This document shows positions 37,837 to 48,488 of a stretch of DNA of 64,000 bases, piece after piece; position 1 is the stretch's first letter, and each line of letters opens with the position of its first letter. The DNA comes from an uncultured Verrucomicrobiae bacterium. Its GTDB lineage: Bacteria > Verrucomicrobiota > Verrucomicrobiia > Chthoniobacterales > JAATET01. Location of the stretch: assembly GCA_963719495.1 (NCBI GenBank), contig CAVRCI010000014.1, positions 1 through 64,000 of the forward strand. The letters run 5' to 3'. The translations under genes were made by a program, and so were the position numbers. The notes under the pieces were generated by a model. The model ran no database searches. It was not told the origin of the DNA and saw nothing but the letters and a program-made list of their open reading frames with translations.

Positions 37837-39294
37837 TCAAGGGATGAGTTGAAGTAGGCGAATGACATCCACGATGGCATCTGGATGGTTGATGACGTTG
37901 TGGCCGCTGGGCACGACGGTTTCGCTCGTTGCGCCGTGGAGGTTGCTGCTCGCGTAGGGGACAACGCCGTCAGAACTTTTCGCCAGCGGCGCATCGCCCT
38001 TCCACCCGATGATGCTGTGAAACGGCACCGGAATCGGGAGTTCCGCGAGAGCGCTCAGCGCGGGGCTGTTGGCTGAAAGCGTGCGCACGGCTGAGAAGCG
38101 CCCATCGGCGTAGAAGGCACGGGCGGCAGGGGTGATGGCTCCTTCGTTGGCTCGAGCAAGTTCGGCGAAGCCGGACTCGGCGATGGGGGCAAGGCGGGTT
38201 AGCGTTGTTCCGAAGCGACCGAGGAGGTTGTCGGCGATGGGACTTCCTCGGTGGGGGGCGGCCATGAAGATAACGCGTTCGACCCGCGGGTTGCGGTCGA
38301 AGGTGAGCAGGTGGCGGAGGGTTTTGATTGTCTCGGGGTCTCCCTTTAGTTTTTCGGGCGGGGCGGAGAAGACGCTTGACCAGAGGGCTTCGCCGCTGTC
38401 GCTGACGAGGGTGTGGGAGATCACTCCGCCCATGCTGTGGCCGAGGACGACAAGGCGCTGGGTAGCGGGATCGCGGTCGGCGGGATCGAGGGTGGCGAGT
38501 GTCGTTGCGAGGCTGTCGCGAAGGGCGGCGGCGTTGGCGAGAAGGGGATTTCCGCTGGGGTAGTAAAATTGCCAGAGCTGGTATCGCTCGCGGGTTACGG
38601 GGTCGGAGCGGAGGGCGTTGACCAGAGTGGCGAAGGCGACCGGGGTCGATTGCAATCCGTGGACCATGAGCAGCGGGACTTTCGCCGGGTCGTAAGGATC
38701 AAGGAGGTAGATCTGCGGTTTGCGCTCGAGGGAGAGCGGGCGGATCATACTGACGAAGCCAGTAGCCCGTAGCTTCCTGGCTTGGGCGGCGAGTTCGTTG
38801 CCGGCGGCGTTGGGCACGGTGGCGAGCGGATAGGTGCCGCCGAAGAGGTCGACCTCATTAGTGGAGGTGAGAATGCGAAGCCGGGGGCCGTCGGGAGCAG
38901 GCGAGTAGATGGCGGTGGCGTTGACGTAGAGTCCCTCGGGTGGATGGAGTGGGTGGCTGGCGGTGTCGAATTCGAGGACGAGGGGCGTGCCGATGGAGCC
39001 GGTAACGAAGCGGTCGGAGATCGCGATGACGCGGATGGCGACGAGGGGAAGGTCGGTGTCTGGGAGGGTGAGCCGGACGCCAAGTGAGGTCAGTCGCTCG
39101 GACCACGTCGCCGGGTCGGGAGAATCGACGGCTTCGCAGAGTGCGCGGGCGGCGGCGTTGTAGCGGGGGATGTCGGTGGGCAGGGCGAGGGTGGCGTTGT
39201 CGGCCTCGGCGAGGCGACTTTCGATTGGGATGCTGGCACAGCCAACGAGGCTGAGGGCGATGAGAATGGGAATTGCAGTGGTGGCAATTTTCAA
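37837..39294 (-). CDS. Alpha/beta-hydrolase (lipase/esterase) lipoprotein
   Basis: Lipobox LVGC, VHGLQS, GHSMGG, APHRGS, SDGVVPY and SGH. TTG start overlaps the upstream stop. Confidence 0.85.
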   Translation of the reverse strand: MKIATTAIPILIALSLVGCASIPIESRLAEADNATLALPTDIPRYNAAARALCEAVDSPDPATWSERLTSLGVRLTLPDTDLPLVAIRVIAISDRFVTGSIGTPLVLEFDTASHPLHPPEGLYVNATAIYSPAPDGPRLRILTSTNEVDLFGGTYPLATVPNAAGNELAAQARKLRATGFVSMIRPLSLERKPQIYLLDPYDPAKVPLLMVHGLQSTPVAFATLVNALRSDPVTRERYQLWQFYYPSGNPLLANAAALRDSLATTLATLDPADRDPATQRLVVLGHSMGGVISHTLVSDSGEALWSSVFSAPPEKLKGDPETIKTLRHLLTFDRNPRVERVIFMAAPHRGSPIADNLLGRFGTTLTRLAPIAESGFAELARANEGAITPAARAFYADGRFSAVRTLSANSPALSALAELPIPVPFHSIIGWKGDAPLAKSSDGVVPYASSNLHGATSETVVPSGHNVINHPDAIVDVIRLLQLIP

Positions 39295-40751
39295 AATCGG
39301 ATGACGGCTTCGAGCCCGAGGAAGTGAGTGGTCTCGGCGGGGCCGGTGTCGGAGATGAAGGCTCCTGGGTGGAATTGTGAATAGCTGATCAGGAAGGCGA
39401 GTTCGCGGGTGGGATTCCATTCCGCGACGAACTCGCACTGGGTGCCGATGAATCGTTCGTTGCTGTTGGTGCCGGTGCCGTCGCCGGCGGAGCGGACGAG
39501 ATTCCCGCCGACGCCGTAAACGCCGTCTTCGGTGCTGGCACGCCAGTAGGGTCCACCCTGAAAGTAGAACGTGAGATCGGGTCGGGGCGTGAGGATGAGC
39601 GCGCCCTGGAGGTTGATGAGGTTGTAGGGGCCGACGGGGGTGAGTTCACCGAAGTATTTTCCCTTGGGGTAGAGCGGATTGAAGGTCTGGAGGTCCGCGT
39701 CGGAAGAGTCCTGATCTCCGCTCACGTAGTTGGCGCGGATGAAGAGTCGGGGTGCGGCGGGTAGGGTGGCGAGGGTGTAGCCGAGTTCGGTGGCGGTGCT
39801 GTTGGCGAAGATGAGACCGTGGCCTCGGTCGCTGTCGAAGGTGCCGAATTGCACCATACTTTCGAGGTTCCAATCGAGTGTGCCGAAGCCGACTTCGCGT
39901 TCGCCGAAAATGCGGGTGCCGAGCGTGTGGCGAAGTTCGCGACCGGTGCCGGAGTTGTAAGTCGCGTCGGCGTCGAAGAAGCCGAGGTAGTAAAAATCGA
40001 ACGCCGTCCCGCTGACGACCGGGGGTGGGGTGGCGGGTGTCCAGGTAGAGTAGAGGCCCCAGAGTTGCTGGCGGTCGGAGCTGAGATCGTCGAGGGGGTC
40101 GGGAACCGTCTGGATGGGCCGGAGGTAGAAGCCGTCGATGTCCCAGCCGGATGCCGTCCAATGGAGGATGCCGCCGTCGAAGCCGAGCGGGACGTTTGGG
40201 CCATAGCGGGTCCCGAGGAGGCGCTCGGTGCCGTAGGAGATCATCTGCCGTCCGGCCTGGAGTTCGATTTCGCCGGGGCCGACGGCGATCTTCACCCGGG
40301 CGAAGGCTTGGAGGATGCCGAAGTTTTCCTTGTCGATGGGGCCGGGACCGCGGGCGTCCCCTTCACTGTGGGCGATGATGGGCTGGAAAACGAGTTGGAG
40401 GGTGGAGTCCAGCGGGAGGTCGGGGAAGGTGATCGCGGCGAAAGGAAGAAATCGGGTGAGAAGGTAGCCGCCATCGTCCTGCGGGCCGGAGCCGAAGTCG
40501 GCGTTGCGGATGGCTTCGTAACGGACGCGGACTTCGCCGCCGAGGGTAAGAAAGGCGGTTCCGGAGTGGATGTTTTGAAATTTGAGAGGCTCCCACCACT
40601 GTCCTTGGCGGAAGTCGGGATTCGCGAGATAGCCGTAGTCTTCGAGTTGACGGAGGGGGCGGATCTGCGGGACGCCTTGCGGGAGCGACTGCGCGATGGC
40701 CGCGTCGAAGGTGAGGCAGGCGAGGGCGATCGCAGCGCGGCGCGGATTCAC
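39291..40751 (-). CDS. Alginate-export-family outer-membrane beta-barrel
   Basis: EDY..L, LGGEVRVRYE, GRQ..YGTERL, SGD...TFNPLYP and a C-terminal Phe. Confidence 0.85.
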   Translation of the reverse strand: MNPRRAAIALACLTFDAAIAQSLPQGVPQIRPLRQLEDYGYLANPDFRQGQWWEPLKFQNIHSGTAFLTLGGEVRVRYEAIRNADFGSGPQDDGGYLLTRFLPFAAITFPDLPLDSTLQLVFQPIIAHSEGDARGPGPIDKENFGILQAFARVKIAVGPGEIELQAGRQMISYGTERLLGTRYGPNVPLGFDGGILHWTASGWDIDGFYLRPIQTVPDPLDDLSSDRQQLWGLYSTWTPATPPPVVSGTAFDFYYLGFFDADATYNSGTGRELRHTLGTRIFGEREVGFGTLDWNLESMVQFGTFDSDRGHGLIFANSTATELGYTLATLPAAPRLFIRANYVSGDQDSSDADLQTFNPLYPKGKYFGELTPVGPYNLINLQGALILTPRPDLTFYFQGGPYWRASTEDGVYGVGGNLVRSAGDGTGTNSNERFIGTQCEFVAEWNPTRELAFLISYSQFHPGAFISDTGPAETTHFLGLEAVIRF

Positions 40752-41662
40752 CTCGCGGTGATCTTGAGGTGGATGGAAACGAGGTCGCTGACGAGGTGCT
40801 GGCCGAGGCGGGCGAAGAATTTGCCCGAGCCGTAAAGGACGTTCCATTTCGTGCGGTCGATCTGGAGGGTGGCTTGGGCGACAAGGTCGCCGGTGGCGGT
40901 CGCTCCGATGGCGGCGAGAAAATCGACGGGTTGCGTGATGCCTTTGAGCGTGAGGGTGCCGGAGACGAAATGGTTTGGCTCGCCCGGGCTGCACGACTCG
41001 ACGGGGCGGATCGCGGTGAGCGTGAACGTGCTGGCAGGGAACTGCTCGCTGTCCAAGAAATCGGGAGACATGAGGTGTCCGGCGAGGGCGCGTTCGAGCT
41101 TCGGATCGGTGAGGTCGGTGGATTTGATCGTCGTGAGGTCGAGTTGAATTTCGCCAGTGGTGGGCTCACCGTCGCGGAGTTCGATCCGACCGCCGAGGAC
41201 GTCGATGGTGCCGTGATGGCGGTTGGCGATGTTACGCCCGGTCCATTCGAGAAGGCTCTGGCCGGGGTCGACCGTGAGGGTGCGGGTGAGTGGAGTCGGC
41301 GCCTGATCTTCGTCGGTCAAACCCTCGATGGCGAAGCCGGCTTGGCGCCATTCGGCAAGACCGCCTCGAAAGTCGAGGACGCGCCGGTATCCCGCGCTGG
41401 TGAGGCGGTCGGCGGCCATGGCGGAGGCGAGGCTGTCGGTGTTCAGATCGTAAACGACGACGAGCTGATCGGGATTGGGGATGAGGGGGCGGGCGACGTC
41501 GAGGAAATCGGTCTGGTAGACGCAGGCGTTCACGGCGCCGGGGATACGCTCGGCCTCGAAGGACTCGGGGGGGAGGACGTCGAGGAGGATGAGGGCTTCG
41601 GGGCCAGTGAGGAGGGCTTGGAGGTCAGAGGCGGTGATTGGCTCGGTGGTGGAGAAACTCAT
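40748..41662 (-). CDS. Rhodanese-YceI fusion protein
   Basis: N-terminal LLDV...RIPGAVN...GGLAEW and C-terminal HHGTI, HLMSPDFLD..QFP, GTLTLKGIT, IDRTKWNVLYGS. Confidence 0.85.
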   Translation of the reverse strand: MSFSTTEPITASDLQALLTGPEALILLDVLPPESFEAERIPGAVNACVYQTDFLDVARPLIPNPDQLVVVYDLNTDSLASAMAADRLTSAGYRRVLDFRGGLAEWRQAGFAIEGLTDEDQAPTPLTRTLTVDPGQSLLEWTGRNIANRHHGTIDVLGGRIELRDGEPTTGEIQLDLTTIKSTDLTDPKLERALAGHLMSPDFLDSEQFPASTFTLTAIRPVESCSPGEPNHFVSGTLTLKGITQPVDFLAAIGATATGDLVAQATLQIDRTKWNVLYGSGKFFARLGQHLVSDLVSIHLKITAR

Positions 41663-41685
41663 TGCTGGATATTGTCGAAGTGGGC

Positions 41686-43533
41686 CTAGAAAGCGAAGCA
41701 GTCGCAGCCGCCATCGAGCAGTCCCCGAGGTCCGAGCATCCACTGGGGGATCATCGAACGGTTGGCTTTCGTGGATGGCGCTGGGTGGTGCGAGCAGCAG
41801 TTCGTGCCGGGGTGCTGGTGGAGCTGCTCCCCGAAGCGAGGTTGCCAGTAGCCGGGAAATTTCTGGACCGGCGACCAGTCGGGCATGACGGGGAGTTCGC
41901 CGGGGTCGTGGGGTTTGAACTCCTGCGCTGCGTAGACGGGTTTGCCGCCCATGATGGTGAGCACGGATTCGAGGGCTTTGATCTCTTCGTCCGGCACGGC
42001 GAAATAGTCGTCACTCAACACCGCGACGTCGGCGAATTGGCCGACTTTGAGATTCCCGCGCGTCGCCGACTGGCGCGACATCCACGCGCTGCCCTCGGTG
42101 AAGAGTCGGAGCGCTTCCTCGCGACTGAGTTGCGCCTTTTCGGGATAGAGCGAGAGACCGCCCACGGTGCGCCCGGTCGTCAGCCAATACAGCGAGACGA
42201 ACGGGTTGAAACTCGCCACGCGCGTCGCGTCGGTCCCCGCTCCGACGGGCACGCCCATCTCGAGCATGCGGCGGATGGGCGGCGTGCGCTCGGCGGCCGC
42301 CGCGCCGTAGCGGTCGACGAAGTATTCGCCCTGGAAGGCCATGCGGTGCTGCACGGCGATGCCGCCGTCGAGCGCTTTCACGCGCTCGATGTTCCGGTCG
42401 GAGATCGTCTCGCAGTGGTCGAAGAACCAATGCAGGCCCTCAAGCGGCGCGTGGGCGTTCACGCGCTCGAAGACGTCGAGGAAACGCGAGATCGATTCGT
42501 CGTAGGTCGCGTGCAGGCGGAAGGGCCAGCGGCTCTCGGCGAGGAATCCCACGACCCGCTCGAGTTCGCTCTCCAGCTTGTCGTCGAGGTCGGGCCGCGG
42601 CTCGAGGAAGTCCTCGAAGTCCGCCGCCGAGAAGACGAGCATTTCGCCCGCGCCGTTGCAGCGCAGCAGTTCGTCGCCGTCGTCGGGCTTGATGATTTTC
42701 GACCAGCGCACGAAGTCCTCGAGTTCGCCGCCGGGCTTCTGGGTGAAGAGGTTGTAGGCGATGCGCAGCGTCATCTCGCCGCGCTCGTGAAGCTGGCGGA
42801 TGATCTCGTAATCCTCGGGATAATTCTGAAACCCGCCGCCCGCGTCGCACACGCCGGTGAGTCCGAGGCGGTTCAATTCGCGCATGAAGTGGCGCGTCGA
42901 GTTGTATTGATACTCCATCGGGAGCTTCGGCCCCATCGCGAGCGTGGCGTAGAGGATCATCGCGTTGGGCCGCGCCACCAGCATGCCGGTCGGATTGCCG
43001 GCCTTGTCGCGCACGATCTCGCCGCCGGGCGGGTTCGGCGTGTCCTTCGTGTAGCCGCACGCCTTGAGCGCGGCCTGGTTCAGCATCGCGCGGCAGTAAA
43101 GGTGCAGCACGAAGACGGGCGTGTCGGGCGCGGCGGCGTTGATCTCCGCCAGCGTCGGCATGCGGCGCTCGGCGAACTGGAATTCGCTCCACCCACCGAC
43201 CACGCGCACCCACTGCGGCGCGGGCGTGCGCTCGGCCTGGTCGCGCAGCATTTGCAGCGCGATCGAAACGGACGGCACGCCTTCCCAGCGCAGCTCGAGG
43301 TTGTAATTCAACCCGCCGCGGATGACGTGCAGGTGCGAGTCGTAAAGGCCGGGAATGGCGCGACGGCCTCCGAGATCGATGACTTTCGACTCCAGGCCGC
43401 GCTCGAAATCGGCGGCGTTGTCCACTCCGGCGATGCGCCCGTCCTTGATGACGAGTTCCTTCGCTTCGGGGTGCTGACGGTCGAGAGTCGTGATGCGACC
43501 GTTGATGAGAATGAGATCGGCGGTGGGTTTCAT
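41686..43533 (-). CDS. YtcJ-like amidohydrolase (amidohydrolase_3)
   Basis: IPGLYDSHLH, LHAT, DHCE, GTDA, GQFADVAVL and a Cys/His-rich tail. Confidence 0.92.
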   Translation of the reverse strand: MKPTADLILINGRITTLDRQHPEAKELVIKDGRIAGVDNAADFERGLESKVIDLGGRRAIPGLYDSHLHVIRGGLNYNLELRWEGVPSVSIALQMLRDQAERTPAPQWVRVVGGWSEFQFAERRMPTLAEINAAAPDTPVFVLHLYCRAMLNQAALKACGYTKDTPNPPGGEIVRDKAGNPTGMLVARPNAMILYATLAMGPKLPMEYQYNSTRHFMRELNRLGLTGVCDAGGGFQNYPEDYEIIRQLHERGEMTLRIAYNLFTQKPGGELEDFVRWSKIIKPDDGDELLRCNGAGEMLVFSAADFEDFLEPRPDLDDKLESELERVVGFLAESRWPFRLHATYDESISRFLDVFERVNAHAPLEGLHWFFDHCETISDRNIERVKALDGGIAVQHRMAFQGEYFVDRYGAAAAERTPPIRRMLEMGVPVGAGTDATRVASFNPFVSLYWLTTGRTVGGLSLYPEKAQLSREEALRLFTEGSAWMSRQSATRGNLKVGQFADVAVLSDDYFAVPDEEIKALESVLTIMGGKPVYAAQEFKPHDPGELPVMPDWSPVQKFPGYWQPRFGEQLHQHPGTNCCSHHPAPSTKANRSMIPQWMLGPRGLLDGGCDCFAF

Positions 43534-44093
43534 GGGATTTCGGTGTTGGAGATGGGGTTGGGTTGGAGCCACGGGTGGGCGAGCCGGACGAGGAGCGGCA
43601 TCGCGATCCAAGTGAGGACGGCCGTGATGCCGGCCGCTATCGCGCCAGCGACGAGGAGCCCAGGGATCACGCCAGTGAGAAGCGGCCCGAGCGCAGCGGG
43701 AACGATCATGCTCACCGGCCAGACGGCGATCCACGTGAGCAGCGCCATCTTCCAGACCGGCGGATGACCGCCGGCGGGATCGCGGAACCACGCTTCGAGG
43801 CCCGTCAGTTTGCGGTAATCGGCGTGGCCTTCGACGAGCGGTTCGATCTCGGCGACCCACTCCTGGTAGAGGCTCGATTGGTAAAAAGCGTCCCGGTCGT
43901 CCGCCGTCGCGAAGCTGCGAAGGATGCCGTATTCGCGGGCCTCGGACCCTGGCGGGGGGTGCAAGAGATGCACCCCCCGCGATCCGGGTTCCGCGAGCGA
44001 GCGACTGGCAAAGGTCGCCAGCGCGCTCTCGAATTCCGCGACGTGCTCCGGTCGGACGCGCCGCGTGATCGCGATGTGAAGAGACTCGCTCAT
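43530..44093 (-). CDS. ABM-domain (antibiotic biosynthesis monooxygenase-like) membrane protein
   Basis: AITRRVRP..., TGLEAWF and PPVWKMALLTW followed by hydrophobic helices. Confidence 0.75.
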   Translation of the reverse strand: MSESLHIAITRRVRPEHVAEFESALATFASRSLAEPGSRGVHLLHPPPGSEAREYGILRSFATADDRDAFYQSSLYQEWVAEIEPLVEGHADYRKLTGLEAWFRDPAGGHPPVWKMALLTWIAVWPVSMIVPAALGPLLTGVIPGLLVAGAIAAGITAVLTWIAMPLLVRLAHPWLQPNPISNTEIP

Positions 44094-44115
44094 CGGATGG
44101 ACGGGGAGGCTGGGA

Positions 44116-44793
44116 TCAGTGGCCGAGACCGCCCTTGACGACCTGCGGGGACCGCGCCGACTGCGGTGCCTTGTGCACCATCGTGTAGGCGTATTCCACG
44201 CCGATGCCGTAGGCTCCGCCGTGTTCCTTCACGATCCCCATCAGCGCGTCGTAGTGCTCGCGCCGCGCCCAGTCGCGCTGCCATTCCAGCAGACCCGGGA
44301 TCGCCGTCGTGCGCACCGCGCCCGCCTGCACCATCCGGCTGAGTGCCGCATCGTGCGCCGCGACCGAAGTCGCCCCGCAGCAATCGTCCACCACGAAGAC
44401 GTTGTAGCCCTCGCCCAGCATTTCGATGGTCGGCCACGTCACGCAGACCTCCGTCCAGAGGCCGGTCATGATGATGTTTTTCTTCCCGGTCGCCTTGATC
44501 GCATCGCGGAATTCCGAGCTGTCCCACGAGTTCATGCTCGTGCGTTCGATCACCTCCTGGCCCTCGAAGACGTCGAGCAGCTCGGGCCAAATGTAGCCGG
44601 AGAAACTCTCCGTCTCGACGGCGGTCAACACCGTCGGGATGCCGAAGAGCTTCGCGACTTTGGCGATCATGATGACGTTGTTCTTGAGCGCCTGCTTGTC
44701 GATGTTCGCCACGCCGAAGGACATCTGCGGCTGGTGGTCGATGAAGGCGATGGCCGAGTCCTCGGCCGTGAAGAGTTGGTGGTATTTATTCAT
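44116..44793 (-). CDS. ycaC: YcaC-like isochorismatase-family hydrolase
   Basis: IDHQPQ, RTSMNSW, GLWTEVC and EWQRDW. Confidence 0.88.
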   Translation of the reverse strand: MNKYHQLFTAEDSAIAFIDHQPQMSFGVANIDKQALKNNVIMIAKVAKLFGIPTVLTAVETESFSGYIWPELLDVFEGQEVIERTSMNSWDSSEFRDAIKATGKKNIIMTGLWTEVCVTWPTIEMLGEGYNVFVVDDCCGATSVAAHDAALSRMVQAGAVRTTAIPGLLEWQRDWARREHYDALMGIVKEHGGAYGIGVEYAYTMVHKAPQSARSPQVVKGGLGH

Positions 44794-44826
44794 TATGTGG
44801 TTTGGGTTGGGTTTGCTCTGAGGGAT

Positions 44827-45525
44827 TCATCGAAGGTCGAAAAGCAGCGCCTCGAACGCGCTGCCAGCGGTCAGCACGACGGGTCCGGCCTCTTCGCTGG
44901 AGACCGCGTCACCGGCGGCCACGGCCGTTCCGTTGACGTCGGCGGAGCCGCCGATCACCTGTAGCCAGACGGCCCGCCCCGGGGCGATGTGGTGCTCGGC
45001 GGAGGCACCCGCGTCGAGTCGGACGCGGAAGACCGAGACATCCTGGTGGATCGTCGCCGACCCATCCCGTCCGTCCTCCGAGATCACGAGCACCATCGCG
45101 TCACCGTCCGGGCCGTCCTTCGGATGCCATTCCGTGTAGCCGGGCGTGAGTCCGCGCTCCTTCGGGAGGATCCAGATCTGCAGAAAGTGGAGCGGGTCCG
45201 TCGCCGACGGATTGAATTCGCTGTGCCGCACCCCCGTCCCGGCACTCATGAGCTGGATCTGCCCCGGTCGCAACTGCCGACCATTTCCCAGGCTGTCCCG
45301 GTGCTCCAGCGTCCCGTCGAGCACGTAGCTGAAGATCTCCATGTCCTGATGGGGGTGGGTCGGAAACCCGCCGCCCGGCGCCACGACGTCCTGATTGAGC
45401 ACCCGCAGTGACCGAAATCCCAGGTGCTCCGGGTCGTGGTAGCCCGCGAAACTGAAGCTATGCCGACTCTTCAGCCAACCGTGGTCGGCGCGGCCCCGCT
45501 CGTTGCTTGGTCGGATCTTCAACAT
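44827..45525 (-). CDS. Pirin-family protein (YhhW-like)
   Basis: HGWLKSRHSFSF, HPHQDMEI, HRDSLGN, MSAGTGVRHSE and LQIWI. Confidence 0.93.
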   Translation of the reverse strand: MLKIRPSNERGRADHGWLKSRHSFSFAGYHDPEHLGFRSLRVLNQDVVAPGGGFPTHPHQDMEIFSYVLDGTLEHRDSLGNGRQLRPGQIQLMSAGTGVRHSEFNPSATDPLHFLQIWILPKERGLTPGYTEWHPKDGPDGDAMVLVISEDGRDGSATIHQDVSVFRVRLDAGASAEHHIAPGRAVWLQVIGGSADVNGTAVAAGDAVSSEEAGPVVLTAGSAFEALLFDLR

Positions 45526-45647
45526 GCCCCCACCGTCCCCGCCAGCTGCTCCGCCCACAAGGGCGCGGACGGAGGGGGTCCGCCCCTCCCAAATGGGAGA
45601 AGCGTAAAGTCCTGCCACGAACAGCGGTCGCATTGTAAGCTTGGGAA

Positions 45648-48488
45648 ATGGCATCCCTTGTCGATCGACCCGAAAACCTCGCGCTATCCAGCGATCCCCT
45701 TTCAGGCGCGGTGCTGACAATCTCGGAAAAACTGCTGCGACTCCAAGACTTCGACGAAGCCGTGCGCTCGTCTCTCGAAGTGCTCTGCAAGGCGGTCGAG
45801 ATGGATCGATGCGCGCTACTTGACAACGTGACGGCCGCTGGCGAACCCGGTCTGGAGTTGTGGCGCGGAGTAGCCGAGTATTGCCAGCCTGGTATCACCC
45901 CTCAATTGACGTCGGATCATTCGACGGGCTCGCTCGAGGACATGCGTGTCTGGCTGGACATGGCTCTCGCGGGGGCGACTTCCCTCGACGCCCGCGCGGG
46001 CGAATTCCCTGATGCCGCCTTGAATGTCGCAATGGCGGCACTGGAAACCCGCTACACGGTGGTATTCCCGATCTGGATCGACGGAGCGCTGTGGGGTTGG
46101 CTCGGATTCGATGACTGCACGACGGACCGCGTGCGCTCTGGGAAAGAGAAGCGTGCTTTGACGACCGCGGCCCAGATCTTTGGGCTGTCGATCGACCGCC
46201 ACCGCAAGCAAGCCCGGCTCATCGAGGTGGAGCGACAGAAGGCGTCCGCCGACCGCGCCGCCCGCGCCGTCGCGGAAAAACGCCGCCGTCTCCTCGAAGT
46301 GCTCAAAGACGTTTCGGACCAACTGTTGGCAACCTCTTCCTGGCGTCACCTCGCCAACCGTATCACCGCCAACGTCGGCTCAGCCCTAAAAGTCGACCGC
46401 TTCCGCCTCGTTCGCTACCTCCCCCCGGACGAACACAGCGAGCGCGGCTATCTCGAAATCCTGAACGAATGGACCCGACCCGGCGTGTCCCGGCAGACCG
46501 AAGATCCCAACCAGCGGGTCTTCTCGATGGATCCATACCCGGATGTCTTCGACCAGATGAGCGTCGGCGTTCTCGTTCAGGCCTTGATCGAAGGGTTGGA
46601 AATCGAAGCCGGTCGCGAGGAACAGGCCGCCACCGGGGCCAAATCGCAATTCCAGTATCCGATCCTGGTCGATGGCACGCTCTGGGGCTCCATCGGCGTG
46701 GACGATTGCTCCGAGCCGCGCGTCTGGCCGGAGGAAGAAATTTCCACGCTACAGATTCTGGCCTCCGCCTTGGCCAACGTCATCAAGCGCGAGTCTCTCG
46801 AAGAGGAACGCATTCACCTCGCAGAGTCGCGAGCCAACGAAAACGCGGCGCACGCCAGGCTGCTGCAGGACATTCTCACCGCGTCGCGCGACCTGCTCGA
46901 CGGCGACAACTACGAAGAAAAGCTCGTGGGCTGGCTCGCCCGCCTCGGCACCGCGTGCGGCGCCCATTCGGCCGGCTACGGCACGAACGAACTCGACCAG
47001 CAAACCGGGGAACCCAAAAATCTTCCGCAAGCCACCTGGAATGCGGCTGAGTATTCCCATCTCCGAATGACGGACGCGATTCCAGTAACCACGGATTTCC
47101 ACGACTGGACCGAGCGGCTCAGCCACGGCGAATCGATTTGGGAGGTCTATTCGGAGTTGCGCGATCCGGCATCCCGGCGGTTCTGGGATTCCACCGGTTG
47201 CCGGACCTCAGCCATCGTCCCGGTTGGTCTCGAGGAAGGAACCTTCGGATGGCTGTTTTTCGATTTTGCCGATGAACGTCCGAAAAACCCGATCCAACTC
47301 TCCGCCCTGCAAACCGCGGCGGAAAGTCTCGGTGCCGTCATCCGCCAGACCACCGCCCGACGCCGCCTCTTCGCGGAAAAACGACACCGCCTCGACGACC
47401 TTGCGCGCACCAACAACGCGCTGTCCGCCAGCATGAACGCGCTCGCCGGGAGCAACACTCCGCAGGCGGTGGTCGCACGGATCACCACCCTCATCACCCG
47501 CACCCTGGGTGGACGCGACAGCCGCATCCACCCCATCACCGCGAGCAACGAGACCGCCCCTTCCTCACCCGCGGCGCACCCGAGCACCCCGGAACCGACC
47601 ATCCTGCGCCGGTCGTCGGAGAGTTCCGACGAGATCGACCCCGAGATCTGCAGCGAGATGAAGGCCGCTGGAACGACCTGGCTCATCCACCTCCCGCTGC
47701 GAGCCGACGGTGAGACCAAGTGGACACTGGCCGTGACCGGACGAGATGAGGAAGGGCTGACCCCGCCAAACCTTCGGCTGCTGAAGACGCTTTCCCAGCA
47801 ACTCACGCTCGCCCTCGAACTCGAGCGCCTCGGCGAAGAATCCCGCGATGCCCTCGTGGCCGAAAGCCGGATCAATTCCCAAAAAGCCGCGCTCCAGGAG
47901 CGAACCCGGATCGCCGGGCAGATCCACGACACGCTCGCGCAGAGTTTCACCGCCATGATGCTCCACCTCGAGGCCCTCGCCGTCCGCACGGCGCAAGGTC
48001 ACCCCCCCGCCGAGGCCGAATTGCGCAGAGTGAGAAACATCGCCGCCCTGGGACTCTCGGAAGCGCGGCGATCCACTCTCGTCATCCGGCCGCTGGAACT
48101 CGACGGCATCGACCTATCCACGGCCCTCAGCCAACTCGTTGATCGCTCGCGCTTGCCCAGCCTGCTCGAATGCCACTATCGTCAGGCGGGCACGCCATTT
48201 TCGCTCGGCCATTCCACCCAGGACGCCTTCCTCAACATCGCCCACGAATCGGTCAACAACGCCATTCGACACGCCGAGGCCCGGACGATCACCATCGAAC
48301 TCGCGTTCGCCGCCGCCGCCGTCACATTGAAGATCAGCGACGATGGCCGCGGGTTCGAAGCGACGGCGCACGACCGGACGTTCGGCCTGCGGTCGATGCG
48401 CGAACGCGCCAGCGCGATTCAAGCCACCCTCGACGTGCAATCGTTCCCCAACCGGGGAACGACGATCTCCGTTCATCTGCTCAAATGA
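45648..48488 (+). CDS. Soluble multi-GAF histidine kinase (HisKA_3)
   Basis: Repeated PI..DG.LWG..G.DDC GAF motif, ERTRIAGQIHDTLAQ, NNAIRHA, DDGRGF and FGLRSMRER. No obvious TM helix. Confidence 0.9.
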   Translation: MASLVDRPENLALSSDPLSGAVLTISEKLLRLQDFDEAVRSSLEVLCKAVEMDRCALLDNVTAAGEPGLELWRGVAEYCQPGITPQLTSDHSTGSLEDMRVWLDMALAGATSLDARAGEFPDAALNVAMAALETRYTVVFPIWIDGALWGWLGFDDCTTDRVRSGKEKRALTTAAQIFGLSIDRHRKQARLIEVERQKASADRAARAVAEKRRRLLEVLKDVSDQLLATSSWRHLANRITANVGSALKVDRFRLVRYLPPDEHSERGYLEILNEWTRPGVSRQTEDPNQRVFSMDPYPDVFDQMSVGVLVQALIEGLEIEAGREEQAATGAKSQFQYPILVDGTLWGSIGVDDCSEPRVWPEEEISTLQILASALANVIKRESLEEERIHLAESRANENAAHARLLQDILTASRDLLDGDNYEEKLVGWLARLGTACGAHSAGYGTNELDQQTGEPKNLPQATWNAAEYSHLRMTDAIPVTTDFHDWTERLSHGESIWEVYSELRDPASRRFWDSTGCRTSAIVPVGLEEGTFGWLFFDFADERPKNPIQLSALQTAAESLGAVIRQTTARRRLFAEKRHRLDDLARTNNALSASMNALAGSNTPQAVVARITTLITRTLGGRDSRIHPITASNETAPSSPAAHPSTPEPTILRRSSESSDEIDPEICSEMKAAGTTWLIHLPLRADGETKWTLAVTGRDEEGLTPPNLRLLKTLSQQLTLALELERLGEESRDALVAESRINSQKAALQERTRIAGQIHDTLAQSFTAMMLHLEALAVRTAQGHPPAEAELRRVRNIAALGLSEARRSTLVIRPLELDGIDLSTALSQLVDRSRLPSLLECHYRQAGTPFSLGHSTQDAFLNIAHESVNNAIRHAEARTITIELAFAAAAVTLKISDDGRGFEATAHDRTFGLRSMRERASAIQATLDVQSFPNRGTTISVHLLK

